Assembly: GCF_000011125.1 (NCBI RefSeq)
Contig: NC_000854.2
Coordinates: 900,001-932,000, forward strand
Length of the DNA: 32,000 nt
Direction: 5' to 3'
Source: Aeropyrum pernix K1
Lineage (GTDB): Archaea; Thermoproteota; Thermoprotei_A; Sulfolobales; Acidilobaceae
Shown: piece by piece, positions 1 through 9,293 of the stretch
Numbering within the stretch: the first letter of the stretch is position 1
Layout: the number at the start of each line of letters is the position of its first letter
Notes under the pieces: model-generated
Databases searched by the model: none
What the model was told of the DNA's origin: nothing
What the model saw: the letters and a program-made list of their open reading frames with translations, nothing else
Position numbers and translations under genes: made by a program

Positions 1-631
1 AGGCGCCCAGCTTGAACCCTATACTGGCCATTATGGCTACGACAGCGAGAGCCTCTAGTGCAAGTGGCGGGCGGAGTCCGGCGTAGAAAGCCGCTATCCA
101 CACTGCAATGAAGAGGGTTGCCAGTGTACCCACGTAGATGTATCTCACTGCGGCTGCTACGCTATCCCTATCCCCAGGAAGGCCCGCAATTATGTAGGTA
201 GCCACGGAGAGAACCAGCCACGACGCGAGTATAAGTAGCGGGCTTAGGCTGCCCATTAGGAAGAAGGTTCCAAAGAAGGTCAGTGGCAGGAGGCCGTAGT
301 AGCCAGGGTGCGTCGGCCACTCCTCAGCTTTATAGTATGCTTGTATGTAGGCTAGAGCAGCAGCCAGAGCGGCGCCTAGAAGCATTACAGACGATAGCTT
401 GTCATGAACTATCATATTGTTGGCCATAGTAAGGTTTCCATAGGCGAAGACATGGTATACCGTCGCTATGGCCGCCAATAGGAATGCAAGGACCGCTACG
501 GCCGTCAGAGCCTGTATGTATCTCCTTAGGCTTGGTGAGGCGACGTATACTGCTGGTATTATTATGGCTAAGGCCAGATTCCCGTATATAAGGGCCATGA
601 CGGCGTTTCCGACGAGTCCCGGGCTAACCAT
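1..631 (-). CDS. nuoN: Complex-I-like NADH:quinone oxidoreductase, antiporter-type subunit N. This is the N-terminal part; the gene runs off the left edge of the window.
   Basis: The ORF track omits it because there is no stop in the window. My reverse-complement reading from ATG 631-629 stayed open everywhere I translated carefully (down to about 241). It gives MVSPGLVGNAVMALIYGNLALAIIIPAVYVASPSLRRYIQALTAVAVLAFLLAAIATVYH..., a very hydrophobic multi-helix protein. It starts 13 nt after the nuoL stop, which is the last slot of the nuo array. Confidence 0.75.
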   Translation of the reverse strand, partial: MVSPGLVGNAVMALIYGNLALAIIIPAVYVASPSLRRYIQALTAVAVLAFLLAAIATVYHVFAYGNLTMANNMIVHDKLSSVMLLGAALAAALAYIQAYYKAEEWPTHPGYYGLLPLTFFGTFFLMGSLSPLLILASWLVLSVATYIIAGLPGDRDSVAAAVRYIYVGTLATLFIAVWIAAFYAGLRPPLALEALAVVAIMASIGFKLGA

Positions 632-644
632 AGCTACCACCCCA

Positions 645-2771
645 CTATCCACCTAGGATCCTGATGAGGGGTCCAATCTTGTCCTCAAACACGGCATATG
701 CCGCGAGAGCTGCAAAGGCAAGGGAGACTATGTATAGTGCTAGTATGTAGTCCGTCCTACCCCTGTATATCTTACGTGCTAGAAGCGCGAGGCCCCCGCC
801 AGCCGCTACCAACAGGGAGTGGTATAGCAGGTCTATGCCGAGGTCTAGCTCCTGGAGGGCGGCGATGAGAGCACCTCCTCCGCCCACTATGATGATGTAC
901 ACTATAGCGTTAAAGTACATCCTATCGTAGAGGAAGCCGTGTATCGCTGCTGCAGCCGCATTCTCCCTTATAATCCTCCGGAAGTCTGCCCTCAGCACCA
1001 TGTATAGCCCGGCTACTAGAGCTATAGAGGCTATAACCCCGGCCACAACGCTGTAGGTGAGGCTTGTCACCTTGAACCGTAGGAGTGCTTCCTCGACTGC
1101 TAGGCTGAGGGTAGCCGCTATGGAGAGTGTATTGAAGAACCCTGCAAACCCGATCCCCAGGGCTAGGCTAGCTAGGGCCAGGATTGTGTAGGGAACTAGC
1201 ATGAGAGGCGGTGCCTCGTGTAGATGTTTATCTCCGCTACTCTTCTCCTCGTACGGCGGAAGGTGGAAGACCCTTATTATCATGCGCGCAGTATATGCAG
1301 CTGTTAGCAAGGCAGTCAGCGCCGCCAGGCCTCCTATCACAGGCTCTGCTTTATACGCGATGGCTACTACCTCCTCCTTGGTGAAGAAGCCGCTCAAAGG
1401 CGGCACGCCGGCTAGGCTAAGTCCGGCTAGCCAGAACGCGGCGGCCGTGAGCTTCATGTACCTGGCGAAACCGCCCATATTGTCTATGAACCTGCTGTGG
1501 GCTGCATGTATAACCCATCCTGCTGCGAGGAATAGTGCTGCCTTGAAGACTGCATGGCTGACTAGGTGGCCCAGGCCTGCGGCGACGGCCTCTCCAGCCA
1601 GCTCAAGGGCCTCGCCGCCCGCTAGGACCGAGGCTATAACTCCCCCGGCCGCGGCGGCTAGTATCATGTAGCCTAGCTGGCTGGCTGTCGAGAAGGCTAG
1701 TATGAGTTTCAGCTCGTCGCTCACAAGTGCCATGAGGGATAGGAGTAGCGCTGTGAGGACAGCTATCCAGGCTATTAGGGTGAAGTATGAGCCGACGCCG
1801 CTGAGGACCTCGGGCGCCCCAGCCGCTAGGGCACCTGCAACGATTATCGGTGCGAATCTGAGCACAAAGTACACGCCCGCCTTAACCATGGTTGCCGCGT
1901 GTATTAGTGCGGAGACGGGTGTTGGACCTGTCATAGCTGTCACAAGCCACTCGTGGAACGGTACCTGGGCACTCTTGGCTAGGGCGCCGAGGGTGAATAT
2001 GAGTAGGATGAGAGGTAATACGCCCTGAGCGGCGAACTCTGCTATCCATACGTGGGCAGTGGATGCGAGTTCAGGTATGCTTAGGGTTCCAGCTGTTAGG
2101 TAGAGGGCTGCGATGCCAATTAGAAAGCCTATGTCGCCTATCCTCGTGAAGAGTATTGCCCTCACCGCGCTGTGGCTTGGCTCGAAGAACATGGGCGTCC
2201 CCAGCACCCTTCTACCAGGCCTGCCGACCCAGTAGTCCTCCTCGTCGGTATACCAGTGGCCGATTAATGCGTAGCTCGCTAAGCCAGTGCCCTCCCAGCC
2301 AACGAACATGAGGACCAGGTTGTCGGCCACCACCAGGAGCATCATGCTGCCAACGAAGAACGATATCATGAAGAAGTACCGTCCGAACCCCCAGTCTCCC
2401 TCCATGTATTTTATCGAGTAGACTGCTATTAGGAGGCTTATCCAGGAGACCACTAGGCTCATGACGGCTGCGAGACCGTCGATGTAGCTTCCCCATCCCA
2501 CGCCTAAATGGGGTATCCATACGCTGTCCGCACCAACATGGACTATCTTTCCGTCTATAAGCACGAGCTTAGCAAGGTATGTGGAGAGTAGGGCTGAGAC
2601 TAGTATGCCGGCCACGCTTACCCAGCCGTAGAAAGACTCCCTGGTAACGCCGAGAAGCCAGCCAACGGCAATAACCACTGCCGCGAGGTATGGGGCCATC
2701 CACACGAGGCTCCAGGGCATGAGCGGGAGGTTTAATACGCTGCTCTCCACAGCCACCACAACCACCCCCAT
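645..2771 (-). CDS. nuoL: Complex-I-like subunit L (long antiporter-type subunit, 708 aa)
   Basis: It carries the NuoL-type motifs FVGWEGTGLASYALIGHWY and TGPTPVSALIHAATMVKAGVYF. It is a polytopic membrane protein with a long C-terminal extension, consistent with the lateral helix. Confidence 0.9.
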   Translation of the reverse strand: MGVVVVAVESSVLNLPLMPWSLVWMAPYLAAVVIAVGWLLGVTRESFYGWVSVAGILVSALLSTYLAKLVLIDGKIVHVGADSVWIPHLGVGWGSYIDGLAAVMSLVVSWISLLIAVYSIKYMEGDWGFGRYFFMISFFVGSMMLLVVADNLVLMFVGWEGTGLASYALIGHWYTDEEDYWVGRPGRRVLGTPMFFEPSHSAVRAILFTRIGDIGFLIGIAALYLTAGTLSIPELASTAHVWIAEFAAQGVLPLILLIFTLGALAKSAQVPFHEWLVTAMTGPTPVSALIHAATMVKAGVYFVLRFAPIIVAGALAAGAPEVLSGVGSYFTLIAWIAVLTALLLSLMALVSDELKLILAFSTASQLGYMILAAAAGGVIASVLAGGEALELAGEAVAAGLGHLVSHAVFKAALFLAAGWVIHAAHSRFIDNMGGFARYMKLTAAAFWLAGLSLAGVPPLSGFFTKEEVVAIAYKAEPVIGGLAALTALLTAAYTARMIIRVFHLPPYEEKSSGDKHLHEAPPLMLVPYTILALASLALGIGFAGFFNTLSIAATLSLAVEEALLRFKVTSLTYSVVAGVIASIALVAGLYMVLRADFRRIIRENAAAAAIHGFLYDRMYFNAIVYIIIVGGGGALIAALQELDLGIDLLYHSLLVAAGGGLALLARKIYRGRTDYILALYIVSLAFAALAAYAVFEDKIGPLIRILGG

Positions 2772-2774
2772 AGA

Positions 2775-4316
2775 CTACGAGAGGAATGCCTCCACCATTG
2801 CAAGGCTAGAGGCAGCCAGATCCGTCACCATAGGTCCAGCTAGGAGGAATAGCGCCACGCCTAGTACTGCGAGGAGGACTACTGTAGATTTGAAGCCGTC
2901 TACCTCTTCCCTAGCATCCATATCTGCGCGTGGCCTCCCGAAGAATATCCTCCTCATCGTTATGAACGAGTAGGCAGCTGTGACTGTGAAAGCCACTATA
3001 AGGATAATAGCCAGCAGTCCTAGGCTGACGGCATCGCTGTACCCCGGGTAGTTTAACACCGAGAGGGTTAGGTAGAGTTCACCCCAGAATCCGAAGGCGG
3101 GGGGTATACCAGCGAGGTGCAGGAAACCTATGAGGGCTGCCGCGGCTGTTAGCGGGTAGAGCCTGGCTAGGCCTCCCATCCTGGCGATGTTCCTGAGGCC
3201 GTGGGCCTCTGTTATGAAGACGCCAGCCGTCATGAATAGAACTGCCTTCCCGACGGCGTGCCCGAGGAAAATGAGGCTTGCCGCGGCAAAGCCTAGTGGG
3301 TGGAGAGTGGAGAGGGCTAGTAGCATGTAGCCCATCTGGCTTATGCTGGAGTATGCTAGCAGCCTCTTGAAGTCCAGTTGTGATAGTGCCACCAGGCCTC
3401 CATAGACTATTGTGACGAAGGCGAGGCCGACGAGGAGGGGTTTGAGGTCCTCGAGCAGCCATGGATAGAAAGCGGCGGCGAACCTGGCTATACCATAACC
3501 CCCTAGGCCGATCAGGTTTGGTGATAGGAGAGCTGAGATGGGTGTGGGCGCTTCTGCATGGGCGTAGGGTAGCCACATGTGCACGCCGAATACAGCCATC
3601 TTGACAAGCATTCCTAGGAGGAGGCTAACCCCAGCTATGGCGGCGTAGACACTCCTGTCCGCGGGGCTCGAGAAATAGACTATCCTGCCTCCCTCCACTG
3701 TCGCGACGTCGAAGGTCCCCGTCTTGATAACATAATAGAGGCCGCCGAGGAGCGCTAGAGCCCCGGCTATGTGGGTCCAGACGAAGTACAGTAGCGCTAT
3801 CCTCCTCCTATCGCCGTAGCCGTAGAAGGCTATGAGGAGGAAGGAGGACAGCAGGCTTAGCTCCAGGAAGATTATGAAGAGCAGGAAGTTGAGCGAGTAT
3901 GCTATTCCTAGCATTGTAGAGGAGAATATGCTGTACAATATTAGGTAGGCTGCGTGCCCGGGGGCACGCTCCCCCTCACCCTCCATCTCCCTCAGCCTGA
4001 CCTCCATGTACTTGTAGCCGTAGACGGCTACTAGGGCTGTTACTACGGAGACTCCTAGGACGAATGGGTAGGAGAACCCGTCGACCGCGAGGGCTACAAC
4101 TCCTATACCTATATTCGAAAGGTTTAGCGATACGGGGTCTATGATCCCCTCCGAGAGAACCCCCTGGAATGCGTAATAGCTCGACACAATCCCGGGGATG
4201 GCCAGGGTTATGGCTACAAGCCAGTAAGCGGTTCTAGGCGGTAGTGCTACTATGGTAAGGGAGGCAAGTACGGGTAACACCAGGCTTAGCCAGAGTAAGG
4301 GGAATCCCAGCTCCAT
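2775..4316 (-). CDS. nuoM: Complex-I-like subunit M (antiporter-type, 513 aa)
   Basis: It has the NuoM-type motif HMWLPYAHAEAPTPISALLS (WLPxAHxEAPT). It is a polytopic membrane protein, and there is a 3-nt gap to nuoL. Confidence 0.85.
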   Translation of the reverse strand: MELGFPLLWLSLVLPVLASLTIVALPPRTAYWLVAITLAIPGIVSSYYAFQGVLSEGIIDPVSLNLSNIGIGVVALAVDGFSYPFVLGVSVVTALVAVYGYKYMEVRLREMEGEGERAPGHAAYLILYSIFSSTMLGIAYSLNFLLFIIFLELSLLSSFLLIAFYGYGDRRRIALLYFVWTHIAGALALLGGLYYVIKTGTFDVATVEGGRIVYFSSPADRSVYAAIAGVSLLLGMLVKMAVFGVHMWLPYAHAEAPTPISALLSPNLIGLGGYGIARFAAAFYPWLLEDLKPLLVGLAFVTIVYGGLVALSQLDFKRLLAYSSISQMGYMLLALSTLHPLGFAAASLIFLGHAVGKAVLFMTAGVFITEAHGLRNIARMGGLARLYPLTAAAALIGFLHLAGIPPAFGFWGELYLTLSVLNYPGYSDAVSLGLLAIILIVAFTVTAAYSFITMRRIFFGRPRADMDAREEVDGFKSTVVLLAVLGVALFLLAGPMVTDLAASSLAMVEAFLS

Positions 4317-4321
4317 GGCGC

Positions 4322-4630
4322 CTACACCCCCTCCTCCTCCAAAGGCTCCGTCTCCAGCGTGCCAAGCCTTCTGTAGAGGGCAGCCACCAGTGCTACTACA
4401 ACTATAATCTCGCCCGAGACGACTATGACTAGCATTATACCAAGGACATTGGCCGCGAGGCTGCTCTTACTCAGGACTAGTATAACGATGAGGAGGAAGG
4501 CGTTGAAAAGAACCTCGGCGGATATCAGCTGCCTAACAAGATTCCTAGAACCGGCTAGGCCGTAGGACCCTATGGCCGCTAAAACAGCGGCCAGCAACAC
4601 CACTACCTGCGATAAAGCTGCATCCACCAC
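4322..4630 (-). CDS. nuoK: Complex-I-like subunit K (102 aa, three hydrophobic helices)
   Basis: The size, hydrophobic profile and position between nuoJ and the antiporter-type subunits all fit. Confidence 0.8.
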   Translation of the reverse strand: MVDAALSQVVVLLAAVLAAIGSYGLAGSRNLVRQLISAEVLFNAFLLIVILVLSKSSLAANVLGIMLVIVVSGEIIVVVALVAALYRRLGTLETEPLEEEGV

Positions 4631-4637
4631 GACAACC

Positions 4638-5120
4638 TCACCTCCTCCTGGCTATCGCTATTCCCTCAAGTATAGTGGCCGCAAGACCCGCGGCAAGGAC
4701 TATCACAACGGGGTAAAGGTCTCTGGTAAGGACAAGGGCTATTGTCTCGAGGTTGACGGGCTGTGGTGGCGTGTATAGCTGCCAGAGCCCTCCTATGAAG
4801 CCAAGGAGCGTGACTGTCGAGAATGCCGCGGCCGCAGCCGCGAGACCTCTCCATTCGTCCCACTCCTCTCTCCCGCCCCCGCCTAGCATGCTGACGCTCA
4901 CTATTATGAACATCACAGCAGCACCCACGTAGACTATTACGAGGAAGACGGCCACTAGAGGGAATCCGAGAAGGCCTACGACGGCCGCGGTAGAGAGCCC
5001 TACAAGCGCAAGGGCTGCACTCGAGTAGACCATATCCCTATGTCTAACTACAAACATGCTAAACAGGGTCGCGAGGCCCGCCACACCGATGAGTACCGCG
5101 GCCTCGAGGCTACTCACCAT
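4638..5120 (-). CDS. nuoJ: Complex-I-like subunit J
   Basis: It is a hydrophobic protein in the nuoJ slot. The ORF-track start at 5159 would overlap nuoI by 50 nt. The in-frame ATG at 5120 (MVSSLEAAVLIGVAG...) cuts the overlap to 11 nt, so I prefer it. Confidence 0.75.
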   Translation of the reverse strand: MVSSLEAAVLIGVAGLATLFSMFVVRHRDMVYSSAALALVGLSTAAVVGLLGFPLVAVFLVIVYVGAAVMFIIVSVSMLGGGGREEWDEWRGLAAAAAAFSTVTLLGFIGGLWQLYTPPQPVNLETIALVLTRDLYPVVIVLAAGLAATILEGIAIARRR

Positions 5121-5670
5121 CCTCCCGCACACCCCGCGCTGGTATTTTAACAAGCCCATACTCCTCGTGGATTAGCAGCCTCACCGGCGTGCCCTCGAGG
5201 GCAGTCTTATACTCGGGCTCCTTCTGGAACGTCTCAAGATCCCAGAACATCTCGGCAAGGTTATCATAGACTATGTCGTGGTAGTTCACATGATAAAGCG
5301 CCTCGGTGGGGCATATGTCGACGCAGTAGCCGCAGAAGATGCACCGCTGATAGTTTATGACGGGGAACTGTTTTGTAACCTTCTTCTCAGGCTCCTTGGG
5401 ATGGGGAACTGGAACTCTTATCATCTTCATCGCGGCGCTAGGACATATTCTAGCGCAGGCAGCACAGCTTATACACTTGGCCTTGTTAAGTATTATGAAA
5501 CCCCTATAGCCCTGCCGCAGCTCTGGATACTCCTTAGGATAGTATATGGAGAACCTCCTAGGGTTTACGAAGTACTTGAGACCTATCATAAGCGCCGCTA
5601 GGTTATCCGTTACCCCCGTGAAGAGTCCGCCCCTCCTGGGGAGCGTTTTAGCCACGGCCTTTGGAGGCAT
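5110..5670 (-). CDS. nuoI: Complex-I-like subunit I (2x[4Fe-4S] ferredoxin-type)
   Basis: It has two CxxCxxCxxxCP motifs (CISCAACARICP, CIFCGYCVDICP). The ORF-track start is a GTG at 5706 that overlaps the nuoH stop as GTGA. The ATG at 5670 (MPPKAVAKTL...) has GGGGTG 6 nt upstream and gives a typical NuoI N-terminus. The start is therefore uncertain between 5670 and 5706. Confidence 0.85.
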   Translation of the reverse strand: MPPKAVAKTLPRRGGLFTGVTDNLAALMIGLKYFVNPRRFSIYYPKEYPELRQGYRGFIILNKAKCISCAACARICPSAAMKMIRVPVPHPKEPEKKVTKQFPVINYQRCIFCGYCVDICPTEALYHVNYHDIVYDNLAEMFWDLETFQKEPEYKTALEGTPVRLLIHEEYGLVKIPARGVREDGE

Positions 5671-5702
5671 TATTGACACCCCACAACAGCACGTTCGCAC
5701 AA

Positions 5703-6854
5703 TCACAAACCAGATATATAATCCAGGACTAGGAGTTCACGAGGAGAGTATATTAAAAGAAGGTATTTACATGGGGCTGCATCAGGTTTAACAGGCTGGA
5801 CTATGCCTAGGTAAGCCTCTATTAATGCTAGCAGAATGGCTAGGAGGGTCAGGGGTAGTACTAGCCTCCAGGCTAAGTCTAGGGCCTGGTCCAGCCTGTA
5901 CCTACCGTAGACGGCTCTTAGAAAGCTTATTGCTAGTGTGACGAGAGCCGCCTTAGCCACTACAACCAAGCTTGGGAGTAGATACCCCATAACCACGCCC
6001 TCACCTGGGACGACAGGGTACCATCCGCCTAGGAGCACCAGGGAGGCTATTAGGCTGAAGGCGAATCTCCTCATGTACGCTCCTCCCATGTTGAGGGCGT
6101 AGAGTATTCCCGAATATTCGGTGAAGGGTCCTGCGACAACCTCGGGCTCAGATTCGGGTATTTCGAAGGGGAACGCTGAGGTTGACATTGCTATTGCTAT
6201 AACGGCAGCTAGGAAGGCTAGGGGGTTGAGTATAATGAACCATTTAAAGAAGCCTTGAGCCTGGACGATCTCCACGATGTTGAAGCTTCCCACTGTTATA
6301 GCAGGGGCGAGGAGGGAGAGTATGGCTATTAGCTCGTAGGCAAGAATTATAAATGCTTCCCTAACGCCGCCCACGATTGTGAACGGGTTGTTCGCAGCCC
6401 AACCAGCCACGATAAGGAAAATCGGGGGAAGCGTTGATATCGCGAGCGCTAGAAGGAGGCTATACTCCATTAGACCGGGGGGTAAGGGCCAGTAGCTGGG
6501 GTTAGCGGTGAGGGGCACCACTGCGAAGGGGAGTATTGAAACGGCCATACCCACTATCGGTGCCACGAGGAAGGGGAAGTAGTCGACGGTCCTGGGTATA
6601 ATGACCTGCTGGAACATATACCTCATCATATCGGCGACAAGGTGTAGGAGGCCTCCTAGCCTCGGGCTAGCCCAGTAGGGCCCTATCCTCCTCTGCACCC
6701 TAGCCGCAGCCTTCCTCTCGAACCAGACTGCAACTATCGCTATTAGGAGGGCGCCTCCAAACCCGAGTATGAGGAGCTGCCATATAGGCGGGTAGAATAT
6801 AATCGCGAGCAACACGTCAAGGACAGACACGGAACAGCCACCCCCTCCAAACAC
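5703..6854 (-). CDS. nuoH: Complex-I-like subunit H (383 aa)
   Basis: It has the N-terminal ERKAAARVQRRIGPYW motif and is a polytopic membrane protein. About 30 aa at the C-terminus (QPVKPDAAPCKYLLLIYSPRELLVLDYISGL) are encoded by the AT-rich island. Confidence 0.88.
   Translation of the reverse strand: MFGGGGCSVSVLDVLLAIIFYPPIWQLLILGFGGALLIAIVAVWFERKAAARVQRRIGPYWASPRLGGLLHLVADMMRYMFQQVIIPRTVDYFPFLVAPIVGMAVSILPFAVVPLTANPSYWPLPPGLMEYSLLLALAISTLPPIFLIVAGWAANNPFTIVGGVREAFIILAYELIAILSLLAPAITVGSFNIVEIVQAQGFFKWFIILNPLAFLAAVIAIAMSTSAFPFEIPESEPEVVAGPFTEYSGILYALNMGGAYMRRFAFSLIASLVLLGGWYPVVPGEGVVMGYLLPSLVVVAKAALVTLAISFLRAVYGRYRLDQALDLAWRLVLPLTLLAILLALIEAYLGIVQPVKPDAAPCKYLLLIYSPRELLVLDYISGL
5714..5758 (-). 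promoter_or_regulatory. Two TATA-like elements inside the AT-rich 3' tail of nuoH; possible internal promoter for nuoI-N
   Basis: The minus strand reads TTTTAATATA (5758-5749) and ATTATATAT (5722-5714). Both sit in a roughly 100-nt AT-rich island that contrasts with the flanking GC-rich coding sequence. They lie 44-88 nt upstream of the ATG at 5670. Confidence 0.3.
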
Positions 6855-6862
6855 TACAAGCC

Positions 6863-8107
6863 CTACCTATCGGCCTCCGGGGGGAAGTAGTCTAGGCTGC
6901 CGTAGATCGCGGGTATATCCATAACCCTATGGCCGGGGAGAACGTACTTGAATGCTATCACGTTCCTTGCGCTAGCGGTCACTATCCTAACCCTATACGG
7001 GTTCACTCCACCATCACTCTCAACATAGTAAACCGTCTCACCCCTTCCAGTCTCAGCCCTCCCGATAGCCCTGCCTGGGGGAACCTTCATAGCGGCTACA
7101 GTGGGCAGGAGCTTAGCCCTACCCTCAGCCTCAAGCACCTTCTTATGGAGAGGCGGGTATTTGCCGTAGAGGTACTTGTCAACAATGGGCTCCCTAGGAT
7201 GCTTCTCAAGCCACTCCACAGCCTGCTCTATAATCCTGAGGCTCTGCTTAATCTCTTCGACCCTCACATAGGTCCTGGCTAGAGCGTCTCCCTCCTCAAA
7301 CACTGGGACTTCGAAGTCTATCTCCGGGTAGGCGTCGTAAGGGTGCACCAGCCTCACATCATAGTCTATCCCGCTGCCCCTGGCGTTGGGGCCCACGATG
7401 CCCATCTCGGCTGCAGCTTTCTTGGGTATAACACCCACTCCCTCTAGCCTGCTCCTTATAACGGGGTTGTTGAGGAATATCTTGGCGTACTCGTCGAGCC
7501 TCTTCCTCATATACCTTACAGCCCTCCTAGCCATATCCGGGAAGTCGGCGGGTATATCGCGCCTCGCGCCCCCCGGGATCGGGTATGAGTGGGTTAGCCT
7601 CGCGCCCGTGAGGGCCTCGGCGAGCTCGATGAAAACCTCTCTATCTCCCATCGCCCACATGTACATGGTGCTGTGCCCTAGGAACACGCCGAAGATGGCG
7701 AAGCCGTAGAGGTGCGCGCCAATCCTATTTATCTCACACAGGAGTGTCCTAAGGTATTTAGCCCTGAGAGGCGGCTCCACACCCATAAGCTTCTCAACGG
7801 CCAGCACGTAGGGGAGTGTAATGTTGCATGCATCATGTATGGCCATCCTCTCGAAGAGGGGTATGGGCTTTATCCACCCCCTGATCTCTCCCAGCTTCTC
7901 CATAGTCCTGTGGACATAGCCTATGTCGGGGTCTGCCTCAACGATTATGTCTCCATCGACCCTAATCGTTATCCTCATGTGGCCCGAGCCAGGGTGCTGC
8001 GGGCCAATGTATATCTCGTAGAGGTCCTTAGCAACCTTCTTGGAGGGGATAATCTTAAGGCCTAAATCGTCCTTCCAACCGCCATATACCCTCACGCCTT
8101 CGACCAT
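6863..8107 (-). CDS. nuoD: Complex-I-like 49-kDa subunit D
   Basis: It has IGPQHPGSGHMRI near the N-terminus, is 414 aa long, and occupies the slot between nuoC and nuoH. Confidence 0.9.
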   Translation of the reverse strand: MVEGVRVYGGWKDDLGLKIIPSKKVAKDLYEIYIGPQHPGSGHMRITIRVDGDIIVEADPDIGYVHRTMEKLGEIRGWIKPIPLFERMAIHDACNITLPYVLAVEKLMGVEPPLRAKYLRTLLCEINRIGAHLYGFAIFGVFLGHSTMYMWAMGDREVFIELAEALTGARLTHSYPIPGGARRDIPADFPDMARRAVRYMRKRLDEYAKIFLNNPVIRSRLEGVGVIPKKAAAEMGIVGPNARGSGIDYDVRLVHPYDAYPEIDFEVPVFEEGDALARTYVRVEEIKQSLRIIEQAVEWLEKHPREPIVDKYLYGKYPPLHKKVLEAEGRAKLLPTVAAMKVPPGRAIGRAETGRGETVYYVESDGGVNPYRVRIVTASARNVIAFKYVLPGHRVMDIPAIYGSLDYFPPEADR

Positions 8108-8661
8108 TCCTTAGGCACCCCCTCGTAAATGCTCTCCTCCCTAACGACAAAGTCCTTCCTCAGAGGCCTCTTCTCTGCAACGGGAGGGGTGAGCAGAAAA
8201 GGCCTTAGGTCTGGGTGGCCCTCGAACTCGATCCCGAAGAACTCGTAAACCTCCCTTTCCTGGAACTCTGCGCTGATCCAGATCTGGGAGAGGCTTGGTA
8301 TAGAGGGCTTCTCAACCCTCGGGAGTTCAACCCCCAACCCAACTATCGCCCCCTTCAAGGCTGCGTCGAGATAGCTGGAGACATGGTAGACTACTCTAAA
8401 CTTCTTCTCCTTAAGATAGTCTATCGTGGTGATGCTCACAACATGGTCGAAACCCACAGTTTTAAGAGCTTCCGCAGCCCTGACAAGGTCATCAACGCTA
8501 ACGATAAAGTCGACGAACCCCTTACCATCCTCACGCTTGAACTGAATGCCTCTCTCCTTCAAAGCCTCCTCGGCCCTCTTCACAGCCTCTGCTAAAACAG
8601 CCTCCGGATCCATAGGCTGGGAGAGCAGCCTACCCTCCCCAGGTGCATCACGGGACGCCAC
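8092..8661 (-). CDS. nuoC: Complex-I-like 30-kDa subunit C
   Basis: It has the motif EREVYEFFGIEFEGHPDLRPF. It overlaps nuoD by 16 nt. Confidence 0.88.
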   Translation of the reverse strand: MASRDAPGEGRLLSQPMDPEAVLAEAVKRAEEALKERGIQFKREDGKGFVDFIVSVDDLVRAAEALKTVGFDHVVSITTIDYLKEKKFRVVYHVSSYLDAALKGAIVGLGVELPRVEKPSIPSLSQIWISAEFQEREVYEFFGIEFEGHPDLRPFLLTPPVAEKRPLRKDFVVREESIYEGVPKEWSKA

Positions 8662-8673
8662 TGCACAGCCCCC

Positions 8674-9282
8674 TTAAACCTTCTTCACAGCCCAGCCGCA
8701 GAGGTCCTCGGTGGGTATGAGGGGCTCTCTATCGGGCCTCCAGCCCTCCCTAACCCAGCCGCTCGCAATCTTCTTACTCCTGATCTTCCGCTGGAGCTCC
8801 ACGATAGCCCTCGCAACGCCCTCGGGCCTGGGAGGACAGCCTGGTATGTAGATGTCTATGGGAAGGACCTGCCACGGCTTCACTATGTTATAGCTGTTGT
8901 AGAATAGGCCGCCGTCCAGGGCGCAGGCGCCCATGGCTATCGCGAACTTTGGATGGGGCATCTGCTCCCATGTTAGTCTGACGGCGCAAGCCATCTTCTT
9001 GGTGACAGTACCCTCTATTATAATCAGGTTTGTCTGCCTAGGCCCCACCCAGGGGAGGGCCCCGAACTGTTCACCGTCAATCCTTGGTGCGAAGGTCGCG
9101 GCGAACTCGGTGCTGCAGCAGCTGGTTGTGAGGTGGACGGGCCACAGGCTGAAGCTGGTGGCCCAGTCCACCATCTTGTCGAGGGGGATCTTGCCGAGCA
9201 GTAAGTCCCTGGCTCTCTTTGCAGCCACGTCAACATTCCCAAGGTATACTTTGCCCTCGCTCTCAAGAGCCACTGGAACCAC
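8674..9282 (-). CDS. nuoB: Complex-I-like 20-kDa (PSST) subunit B, carrying the N2 cluster
   Basis: It has the Cys ligand pattern SCCSTEF, GACALDGG and IPGCPPRPE. Confidence 0.9.
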   Translation of the reverse strand: MVPVALESEGKVYLGNVDVAAKRARDLLLGKIPLDKMVDWATSFSLWPVHLTTSCCSTEFAATFAPRIDGEQFGALPWVGPRQTNLIIIEGTVTKKMACAVRLTWEQMPHPKFAIAMGACALDGGLFYNSYNIVKPWQVLPIDIYIPGCPPRPEGVARAIVELQRKIRSKKIASGWVREGWRPDREPLIPTEDLCGWAVKKV

Positions 9283-9293
9283 CTCCTACTACA

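Noticed and set aside
662-895. Exact TGATGA / ATGATGA box-C-like strings at 662-667 and 889-895.
   Set aside because: Both lie inside the nuoL coding region on the antisense strand. Neither has CUGA at the 12-nt spacing or terminal pairing. I take them as chance hits.
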